Shown one piece after another: positions 48,523-55,691 of a DNA stretch of 64,000 bases (position 1 is its first letter; the number at the start of each line of letters is the position of its first letter). The stretch comes from Bacteroidales bacterium (GTDB lineage: Bacteria; Bacteroidota; Bacteroidia; Bacteroidales; JAGOPY01). The notes under the pieces were generated by a model. That model made no database searches, was not told the DNA's origin, and saw nothing but the letters and a program-made list of their open reading frames with translations. A program made the translations under genes and the position numbers. The DNA lies in contig JAGOPY010000005.1 of NCBI GenBank assembly GCA_017991835.1, forward strand, positions 12,148-76,147, written 5' to 3'.

Positions 48523-48579
48523 AAAAAAAAAGCAGTTGTCTTATCCCTCGCTCTGCTCGGGACAAGTTGTCCAACTGCT
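48523..48579 (-). terminator. Minus-strand rho-independent terminator downstream of the tRNA fragment
   Basis: On the minus strand: AAGCAGTTG...loop...CAACTGCTT followed by TTTTTTTTT (the complement of the A9 run at 48523-48531). Confidence 0.6.
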
Positions 48580-48597
48580 TATTGTCCAATTGACCTG

Positions 48598-48639
48598 TCG
48601 GAGTGGTGAGATTTGAACTCACGACCTCTTGACCCCCAG
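48598..48639 (-). pseudogene. 3' fragment (anticodon loop to discriminator) of a tRNA-Pro(GGG)-like gene: candidate att site of the integrase island
   Basis: The minus strand reads CTGGGGG-TCAAG-AGGTC-GTGAG-TTCAAAT-CTCAC-CACTCCG-A. These parts are the anticodon loop with GGG and G37, the 3' anticodon stem, the variable loop, a perfect T arm, the 3' acceptor strand and the A73 discriminator. The implied 5' strand CGGAGTG fits tRNA-Pro, which starts CGG. There is no 5' half: the expected CTTGA and the D arm are absent upstream. Confidence 0.7.
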
Positions 48640-48753
48640 TCTGTTTTTTCCCTTAATTCTTACTCATTGTTAATCATTTAATGTTGTTGATATTCAGTAT
48701 ATTAAAAATTTTGTTTACTATTTTTCAATGGTTTGTATCGGTAATTTAATTAC

Positions 48754-48777
48754 ATTTGTTAGTGAATTTGTTAGTGA
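48754..48777 (+). repeat. 12-nt direct repeat (ATTTGTTAGTGA x2) 37 nt upstream of the integrase start
   Basis: Read directly from the sequence. It could be an arm-type or operator site, but this is speculative. Confidence 0.6.
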
Positions 48778-48813
48778 ATTTTCTGGAAACATTTATCATT
48801 AAAGAGACACACG

Positions 48814-50193
48814 ATGGCACCATCTGGTAAAGCTAGTAAAATTGAGGCAAAGAAAGAGGCCAAATTTGAAAATAATGTCAAAAATGTCAATCCGGAGGAA
48901 AAAAAGACCCGGAAGAAAAAGGAGAAATTACCGACATTAACCCATCCGGAACAGAGTTTTGACCTCTTAAGAAAACGGGGTGTATCGATCGTGGCATTTT
49001 TGGATACGGTCAGGGAGGGTAAAAAAGGCACTTCTACTGTACGGTTACAAATTATCCATAAACGATTCCCGAAGCATTATTCGACTAAAATTCAAATGCT
49101 GCCGGATGATTGGTCAAAGACGATTGGACCGAAGACCAGAGGGGACCTGAAAGAAAAGAAAATCATTATCCACGAAAATCTCCGAAGGGCATTGGAAATA
49201 ATCTATGACATGGATTCCTTTTCTTTTGAAAAATTTGAAAAACGCTTCCTCGATCCGGGTAGGATCAAGGATGATGTGTATGGTGCCTATGATGATTACA
49301 TTAAAGTATTAAAAGGAAATCAACAGTTCGGCAGTGCAAATAATTACACCTATTCCAGGAATTCAATAAAAGCATTTGTCGGTGATAAAAGATTGTCTTT
49401 TAAAAGCATTACCCCGCAATTCTTAAAAAAATATGAATCTCATATGATCTTAAAAGGCACCTCACAAACCACCGTTTCAATTTATCTCCGCAGTCTGCGT
49501 TATCTTTTTAACGAGGCCATTAAAGAGGGAATTATCAAACAGGAAGATTATCCCTTCGGTAAGGGCAGATATGAGATCCCACAACCACAGAACATTAAGA
49601 AAGCCCTGAAAATTGCTGAGATTGAGAAGATCTTTAAATACCAGCCGGAGAGTGACGATCCGGAGTATTTTTACCGGGATGTCTGGATTTTCTCCTACCT
49701 CTGCAATGGCATGAATATAAAGGACGTTTGCTGGTTAAAGTATGCCAATATACAAGGTGATCATATTTATTTCAGAAGGGCAAAGACGATCAATACGAAC
49801 CGCAATTCAAGGCCCATTGATATCATCCTAACCGATAAAGTGCAGCAAATCATTGATCGCTGGGGGAACAAGCCAGTTCAGCCCGATAGTTTTATCTTTC
49901 CTTTCCTGACCAATGACCAGACTCCTGAAAAGAAACATGCCGTTGTCGCACAGGCTGTTCAGATGATCAACGTGTACATCAACAAGGTTGCAGCCAAAGT
50001 CGGCATCGAACACAGGGTTACCACATACACCGCCAGGCATTCCTTTGCAACCGTCCTGAAACGGTCAGGGGTCAATGTAACCTTTATCAGCGATGCATTG
50101 GGCCACACCGATATTAAGACCACCGAGAACTACCTGGACAGTTTCGAAGACGAGCAGAAGAAAGAGATTGCCAAGAAACTGACAGACTGGTAG
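48814..50193 (+). CDS. Tyrosine-type site-specific integrase (Bacteroidota phage-integrase family) with a Lys-rich N-terminal extension
   Basis: 459 aa. SAM-like/arm-binding region, then a catalytic domain with YFRRAKT, TYTARHSFATVLKRSG and ALGHTDIKTTENYL (R...HxxR...Y). Confidence 0.9.
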   Translation: MAPSGKASKIEAKKEAKFENNVKNVNPEEKKTRKKKEKLPTLTHPEQSFDLLRKRGVSIVAFLDTVREGKKGTSTVRLQIIHKRFPKHYSTKIQMLPDDWSKTIGPKTRGDLKEKKIIIHENLRRALEIIYDMDSFSFEKFEKRFLDPGRIKDDVYGAYDDYIKVLKGNQQFGSANNYTYSRNSIKAFVGDKRLSFKSITPQFLKKYESHMILKGTSQTTVSIYLRSLRYLFNEAIKEGIIKQEDYPFGKGRYEIPQPQNIKKALKIAEIEKIFKYQPESDDPEYFYRDVWIFSYLCNGMNIKDVCWLKYANIQGDHIYFRRAKTINTNRNSRPIDIILTDKVQQIIDRWGNKPVQPDSFIFPFLTNDQTPEKKHAVVAQAVQMINVYINKVAAKVGIEHRVTTYTARHSFATVLKRSGVNVTFISDALGHTDIKTTENYLDSFEDEQKKEIAKKLTDW

Positions 50194-50195
50194 AA

Positions 50196-50235
50196 TGGGG
50201 GCATGGAGGCGGGGAAGCAGGGAGGCAGGGAGGAT
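50196..50235. repeat. G-rich octamer tandem repeat (GCAGGGAG-like) directly after the integrase stop
   Basis: GGGGGCATGGAGGCGGGGAAGCAGGGAGGCAGGGAGGATGAG. Confidence 0.8.
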
Positions 50236-50331
50236 GAGACGATCGACAGTCCATTTGATTTTTTCTGACATATTGTTTGCGAATGTGGACAGATTGTAGT
50301 ACCTTTCGCAAATGAAAATACATCATGATCT

Positions 50332-51144
50332 ATGATTACTACTATGTCATATAACTATTTAGAGGATTTTACTGATAAGCTCAGGATAAAAGGAAGGTAT
50401 ACTTTTTCTCTTGAAGAAATCAGGACTGAATTCAAGACTACTGAAGAAGCCATTAAGAAGGCTTTAAACAGGATGACCAACAAAGGAAAAATAACTCCTT
50501 TAAGAAAGGGATTTTACTTAATTGTACCTCCTGAATATTCTGTTCAAAAAACTTTACCTCCTATTATGTTTATGGACCAGATGATGCGTTATCTTGAGAA
50601 GAAATATTATGTTGGATTATTGAACGCGGCTTCATTTTTTGGCGCTTCCCATCAGGCTCCGCAGGAATTTTTTGTTATTACGGAAAAACCTCCGCTCCGG
50701 CCAATTAAGAAAGGAAACCTTACGGTCAATTTTATAATAAAGACAAATATTGCTGAAGAATTTTTGGAAAGCAGAAAGACTGAAGCTGGTTATATAAAAG
50801 TATCTGGCCCGGAACTGACTGCAATTGATCTGCTTCTTTATGAAAAAAGGATTGGTGGGATTAACCGCTGTTTTACCATCCTGAATGAATTGCATGAAGC
50901 CATGAAACCTTCTGTGCTAAAGAAGGTAATTGCTGAAAATGTTCCAATCCCTGTCCTGCAAAGGTTGGGATATCTGTTAGACCTTATTCATCCGGATGGA
51001 AAATTATCAGCAGTAATATTTGATGCCCTTAAAGAATCCAGCTTCCGTAACACACCCTTAAAAACTGGTAAACCGTCGGCAAGATATACTATTAACAATA
51101 AGTGGAAGATTCTTGAAAACACCATTCCGGAGAGTGATCTATGA
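50332..51144 (+). CDS. Type IV toxin-antitoxin / abortive infection antitoxin, AbiEi family
   Basis: 270 aa. An N-terminal wHTH-like segment (FSLEEIRTEF..TEEAIKKALNRMTNKGKITPLRKGFYLIVP) is followed by a C-terminal AbiEi-type domain. There is a 4-nt ATGA overlap with the AbiEii gene. Confidence 0.8.
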   Translation: MITTMSYNYLEDFTDKLRIKGRYTFSLEEIRTEFKTTEEAIKKALNRMTNKGKITPLRKGFYLIVPPEYSVQKTLPPIMFMDQMMRYLEKKYYVGLLNAASFFGASHQAPQEFFVITEKPPLRPIKKGNLTVNFIIKTNIAEEFLESRKTEAGYIKVSGPELTAIDLLLYEKRIGGINRCFTILNELHEAMKPSVLKKVIAENVPIPVLQRLGYLLDLIHPDGKLSAVIFDALKESSFRNTPLKTGKPSARYTINNKWKILENTIPESDL

Positions 51145-51941
51145 TACCAAGGGCTTATATCACCGAATGGCAACAACACGCTCCCTGGCAATTCTCCGAA
51201 CAGGTGGAGCAGGACCTGATCATCAGTCGGGCCCTGGTAAAAATTTATCAGGATGAATTTCTCGCTTCTCGATTGGCTTTCAGAGGCGGTACAGCTTTAT
51301 CCAAACTATTCATGGGCCAGGCGTCAAGATATTCAGAAGATATTGACCTGGTACAAATAGAATCGGGTCCTGTCAAAGAAATAATCCGGAGATTACAAAC
51401 TGTATTTGAGGGATTTGGAAAGGCTACTGTAAAAAGGGCTGAGAGTAGTTTTAAATTGATTTATCACTATGATTCGGAAATTGAACCTGTCCAAAGAATG
51501 CGGATTAAGGTTGAAGTTAATTCGAGAGAACACTTTGCTGTTTTAGGATGGAATTCAATCCCCTTTCTTATGGATTCACCTTTATTTAAGGGGAAGACAG
51601 ATATCACAACATACAAGTTGGAGGAGTTGCTCGGCACTAAATTGAGGGCACTTTACCAACGAAGTAAAGGAAGAGACCTGTATGATTTATTCAAGTTTAT
51701 AAGAGAATTCAGCCCAAATCTGGAAGAGATTTTGACATGTTATAGAACCTATATTGATTTTTCTTTAAGGGACAGTGGGAAACATGGCCCTTTCAGGATT
51801 GAATTTGAGAAAAATTTGTTGGAAAAACTAAATGATCCCGAGTTTATCGGTGATACAAAGGCACTGTTGCTTCCGGGTGAAGCCTATGATCCCCAGACCG
51901 CAGGTCAGTACGTTATTGAAAATCTTATTGCAGCTATTTAG
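51141..51941 (+). CDS. Nucleotidyltransferase toxin, AbiEii/AbiGii family
   Basis: 266 aa; FRGGTALSKLF...RYSEDIDLV (the family hallmark GGTAL...S.DID) and the later RDLYDL motif. Confidence 0.85.
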   Translation: MIPRAYITEWQQHAPWQFSEQVEQDLIISRALVKIYQDEFLASRLAFRGGTALSKLFMGQASRYSEDIDLVQIESGPVKEIIRRLQTVFEGFGKATVKRAESSFKLIYHYDSEIEPVQRMRIKVEVNSREHFAVLGWNSIPFLMDSPLFKGKTDITTYKLEELLGTKLRALYQRSKGRDLYDLFKFIREFSPNLEEILTCYRTYIDFSLRDSGKHGPFRIEFEKNLLEKLNDPEFIGDTKALLLPGEAYDPQTAGQYVIENLIAAI

Positions 51942-52040
51942 GTTTAAAAACCAATGCTCTAACCCAAAAAACTCATCGAAATCGCCATAGCAGGATTCAA
52001 CAAATAGCGCACCCTGATCGTGTTCGGATTTCTCTGGTAG

Positions 52041-52145
52041 CAGGAAGGCAGGGAGGCAGGGAGGCATGAAGCTTAAGGCATAGAGCGTATGGCGATGGGC
52101 TGGAACCTGGAACCTTGGAACCCTGGAACCCTGGAACTTTGGAAC
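52041..52145. repeat. Two adjacent 8-nt tandem repeat blocks: (CAGGRAGG)x3 at 52041-52066 and (TGGAACCN)x5-6 at 52101-52145
   Basis: CAGGAAGGCAGGGAGGCAGGGAGGCA ... TGGAACCTGGAACCTTGGAACCCTGGAACCCTGGAACTTTGGAAC. They lie between the AbiE pair and the ATPase gene. Confidence 0.85.
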
Positions 52146-52220
52146 AATTATTTTTATTTCATTCCTAACATCACATTTATTGCTTATATTTGTAAATTAT
52201 TTACAAATACGCTCATTTAA

Positions 52221-53477
52221 ATGGTTTTAGAAATTCGCTTAAGTAATTTTTTCTCCATTAAAGACGAAATTACGCTGGATTTCAGGGCAGCCAGTATAAA
52301 GTCAGCAAACGCCCGCACCCTCTCCGATAACGTATTCAAGTTTGATGACCTGGAAGTGATCAAGACTATGGCCATATATGGCGCTAATGCATCCGGTAAA
52401 AGCAATATTATCAACGCTATCCGGTTTTGTCATGCCATGGTCATTAATTCACATGTTCATAATGAAAATGTCATCTTCAATTTCCAGCCTTTTAAGTTTT
52501 CCGGGGACGAGCATAAACCCAGCACCTATTTCATTCGTTTCGTAACATCGGGGATTGAATACGAATACTCCTTTTCTCTTACCAGGCAAAAGATCCTGAC
52601 AGAGAGCCTTTATTATTATCCTAAAGGTAGGATTACAAAAATATTTACCAGGGACGAACGCTTGGGCAAGACGAAAAAAGACAAGTATTCCTTTGGCGAT
52701 TTGATCAAACGTCCCTTTGATGTGGCTGAAAATACTTCTGACAAAACCTTGTACATTTCGAGGGCAAGTCAGATGGATCGGGATGTTGCAAAAGAGATTT
52801 TCAATTATTTCTTTCAAACATTCATCTTGCAATATGCCAGTTATGGCTTAAAAGCCATCGAAACCCTGACGAAGGAGAATAAAGCCCATTTGATGGAGGC
52901 ACTTAAGATTGCAGATAGTGATATTGTGGATGTTAAAATTAAGGTACTGAAGCAACAGGGCAAAAACTTCAATGCAGACCTTAATCAGTTGACAATTACC
53001 GTTGAGGATGTGGTGCAGGATCACCTGCAAATTAAAACCTATCACAGGGCTTCGCCAGATGTTGCGTTTGATTTTCTGACAGAAGAATCCCAGGGGACGA
53101 TTAAATTATTTTTCATCATGCTGACTCTTCTTGACGTTGTGAAAAATAATAAGGTACTCCTGATCGATGAAATAGAAGATAGCTTGCATCCGAAGATCAT
53201 CGAATACATTTTTAATATTTTCCGCGCAGGCGATAAGGCCCAGTTGATCTGTACAACACATAACACCCGGTTCCTGGATTTGAAAAAGTTCCGGAAAGAC
53301 CAGATATTCTTTGCGAATAAAAAGGAGGACGCGTCGACGGATGTGTATTCGTTATACGATTACAGCGACTTTCGTGACACTATGGACCTGGAGAAAGCTT
53401 ATTTACAGGGTAGATTTGATGCTGTGCCTTATATCAGCGATTCATTTGAACAACTCAAAGTCCTGTTAAATGAATAG
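52221..53477 (+). CDS. ABC/SMC-like AAA_21-type ATPase (RloA/AbiLi/AriA-like)
   Basis: 418 aa. N-terminus LEIRLSNFFSIKDEITLDF, Walker A IYGANASGKSN, Walker B/D-loop VLLIDEIEDSLHP, H-loop LICTTHN. Confidence 0.8.
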   Translation: MVLEIRLSNFFSIKDEITLDFRAASIKSANARTLSDNVFKFDDLEVIKTMAIYGANASGKSNIINAIRFCHAMVINSHVHNENVIFNFQPFKFSGDEHKPSTYFIRFVTSGIEYEYSFSLTRQKILTESLYYYPKGRITKIFTRDERLGKTKKDKYSFGDLIKRPFDVAENTSDKTLYISRASQMDRDVAKEIFNYFFQTFILQYASYGLKAIETLTKENKAHLMEALKIADSDIVDVKIKVLKQQGKNFNADLNQLTITVEDVVQDHLQIKTYHRASPDVAFDFLTEESQGTIKLFFIMLTLLDVVKNNKVLLIDEIEDSLHPKIIEYIFNIFRAGDKAQLICTTHNTRFLDLKKFRKDQIFFANKKEDASTDVYSLYDYSDFRDTMDLEKAYLQGRFDAVPYISDSFEQLKVLLNE

Positions 53478-54021
53478 AAAACGCTCTGCTTCAAAGGGGA
53501 AGAAAATCAATCCTCATTTCTGGGTTTTCTGTGAGGGGGTTACAGAAGCGGCTTATGTCTGTTTCTTAAGATCGAAATACCGCATCCCGGTCGATATTGT
53601 AACAAAAATTTCCGGCAGCAATATAAGTGAAGGCGATATTAGGAAATACAAGCAGGGTAAACCTACACATAAAAAAGACAAAGATTTCCTAATCTATGAT
53701 TCCGATGTCAAGGATACGTTGAACAGGCTTAAATCGATTCGGGCTGTCACTCTGATTGCTTCGAGTCCGTCCATTGAATTATGGTTCTTACTTCATTACA
53801 AGGCTCAGACAGCTCATATCAGCACTAACGAATGTATTAAAGAGTTAAGTAAAAGAAACCGGATTACTTACAAAAAAGGTATCCTGGATGAAAGATTAAC
53901 AACCAGGTTGGCAGGTCATTATTCCGAGGCTTGTAAAAGAGCCAGGAACCTGACTTTATACGAAAATCCTTCCTCCAATATGTATTTGATCATCAAAGTG
54001 ATGGAAGAAGCAAAAAAATAA
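53470..54021 (+). CDS. RloB-like Toprim-fold protein (AbiLii-like)
   Basis: 183 aa. FWVFCEGVTEAAY (the CEGxxTE Toprim glutamate), LIYDSDV (DxD) and SSPSIELWFLLHY (the RloB SNPcFElWlllH motif). There is an 8-nt overlap (ATGAATAG) with the ATPase gene. Confidence 0.8.
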   Translation: MNRKRSASKGKKINPHFWVFCEGVTEAAYVCFLRSKYRIPVDIVTKISGSNISEGDIRKYKQGKPTHKKDKDFLIYDSDVKDTLNRLKSIRAVTLIASSPSIELWFLLHYKAQTAHISTNECIKELSKRNRITYKKGILDERLTTRLAGHYSEACKRARNLTLYENPSSNMYLIIKVMEEAKK

Positions 54022-54033
54022 GGGAAACTTTTT

Positions 54034-54058
54034 AGGGGAGCTGGGAGGCAGGGGCGCA
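54034..54058. repeat. Third G-rich (GGGAGGCA-like) block, directly after the RloB-like gene
   Basis: AGGGGAGCTGGGAGGCAGGGGCGC. Confidence 0.6.
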
Positions 54059-54343
54059 TTGTGAAATGCATTCTGAAAGTTATTTTACCAAAATGCTATG
54101 CATTTTGAAAATAAATTTTCCAGAATGTAAGTTCATTGACTACAATCATGGTTATCAACAGTTTGTCGCAACGAGAACCGGGTTCTGTTAACTCGACCAT
54201 TGATAACATTGATGCTTGAATTTGAGTTTTCGAGTGCTGACGCGGCATAGCACGAACAGAATGACCTTGTCCTTTCCAAATTAGGTATACCTTTTTAATA
54301 TTGTAGCATGGGATTCAAACTACAATAAACTAAAAAAGTCACT

Positions 54344-54970
54344 ATGAGCACTCCTTTAACAGATTCCTCCTTTGATAAAATCCGGGATTTTATCTTAGAC
54401 CGTTCATCTTCTTTGCCTGATCATCTTGATCAAGCTAGAATTCGCTGGACAGCAGCATTTACTTTAATGCTGGATACCGGTCTTAAAACAGACCTTCAGG
54501 TTGCCAAAGTACTTGTTGCTACTTTTAATATTAATGAAAGAACTGCTTACAACGATATTGCTGCCTCCAGGCGGCTCTTTGGGGATGCCAGGAGAGGTGC
54601 AAAAGATGCTGAAAGGTATCTTGCCAGCGAAAATGCAAAGGAACTTTTTGGCAAAGCATGGAACATGTTCATGGCTACAAAAAAATATGAATGGTTTGTT
54701 GCTGCAGTCTCTCAGCAAAAACTGCACATGAAAATAAATGGACTTGATAAAGACGATCCCGACTTGCCTGATCCTTCAAAAATCAATCCGCCGACACAGG
54801 TCCTTCAAATCAATATTGATTTTATCGAAGGCCAATTTGCACAATACATCGATCCTAAGGCAAAAGAAAAGATCAATGCAGTGCTAAAGCAAATAAGAGA
54901 CCTGGTCGAGTCTAGCCGGATTGAAGATTATCTCAATACTACGATTGACATACCTTATATTAAAAATTGA
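54344..54970 (+). CDS. Hypothetical protein, no family recognised (possible HTH segment)
   Basis: 208 aa with an ATG start. The segment LQVAKVLVATFNINERTAYNDIAASRRLF looks like a helix-turn-helix. The C-terminus is acidic and Lys-rich. Confidence 0.55.
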   Translation: MSTPLTDSSFDKIRDFILDRSSSLPDHLDQARIRWTAAFTLMLDTGLKTDLQVAKVLVATFNINERTAYNDIAASRRLFGDARRGAKDAERYLASENAKELFGKAWNMFMATKKYEWFVAAVSQQKLHMKINGLDKDDPDLPDPSKINPPTQVLQINIDFIEGQFAQYIDPKAKEKINAVLKQIRDLVESSRIEDYLNTTIDIPYIKN

Positions 54971-55020
54971 TTTAGGTATTTTAGCGGATCATAGGTCTTT
55001 CTTCTTATCTAAACTCAATA

Positions 55021-55087
55021 AGGTAGTTACTAACGATCAGGGCGTCACTTGAACCGGGTTCGTGACTGTGATCATTAGTAACTACCT
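55021..55087. other. 67-nt nested imperfect hairpin
   Basis: The outer 19-bp stem is AGGTAGTTACTAACGATCA / TGATCATTAGTAACTACCT with 1 mismatch. The inner stem is GTCAC...GTGAC, enclosing the palindrome GAACCGGGTTC. Confidence 0.8.
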
Positions 55088-55348
55088 GCAATCCACCCTC
55101 CTTAAGAAATCACAACATACAAGAATAAGGGATCAACGAGATCCGGCATCCAGGAAATTTCCAATTGCCAATGAAAATTGCCATTTTTCGAATATCGATA
55201 ATTGGCCACTGACATTGGCTAATCATAGTGGTAAGGGGAGCTTCGTCCCCTTGTCTTGTATAGGGGAGCGAAGTGGTCTATTTCATATATCGGTAAAAAA
55301 GGAAATTGGCAATTGCTTTTTCGCGACAGGGCGGAGCGCTGGCCAGCG

Positions 55349-55389
55349 ACATAAAAGGACAAAAAATAATATTTTTTGTCCTTTTATGT
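55349..55389. terminator. Perfect 19-bp palindrome, likely a bidirectional terminator
   Basis: ACATAAAAGGACAAAAAAT-AAT-ATTTTTTGTCCTTTTATGT. Confidence 0.65.
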
Positions 55390-55691
55390 GCGTGATTTAT
55401 AGGTCGTTGACCTGAAAAAAAAGGCAAAAGGTGCAATTATTATGCGGAAAAACTTCTTTCTCTTTGATTACCAGCGGCATAAAGAAAGAAGCAAAGAGAA
55501 ACCGCGAGGGGAAACATTCATCCAATGATGAAAGGCAATTAAGGCAAGAGTTGCCAACAACCTGTCGCCACGAGATCCGGGATCTATTGGCTCGGCTTAT
55601 TGATACTACTTTATTTAACGGTTGTTTTTTCCATATCCTGACTTTTTAACCCTCTTGTTCTATCTTGTTCCCTGGATGCCTTCTTCCCGAT

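Noticed and set aside
54344-54970. Calling the 208-aa protein a phage or satellite small terminase, on the basis of its HTH-like segment and island context
   Set aside because: The idea rests only on a vague resemblance, and no other packaging or capsid genes are present. I left it as hypothetical.
55062-55649. ORFs of 117 aa and 72 aa in the island tail
   Set aside because: Neither begins with ATG (GTG at 55062 and 55431). They read straight through the 67-nt hairpin arm and the perfect 19-bp palindrome, and their composition is low-complexity. I treated this as non-coding structured DNA.
48598-55691. Prophage interpretation of the integrase island
   Set aside because: There are no capsid, portal, tail, terminase-large or lysis genes. 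The content is TA/abortive-infection-type modules only, which is more consistent with a small genomic or defence island.
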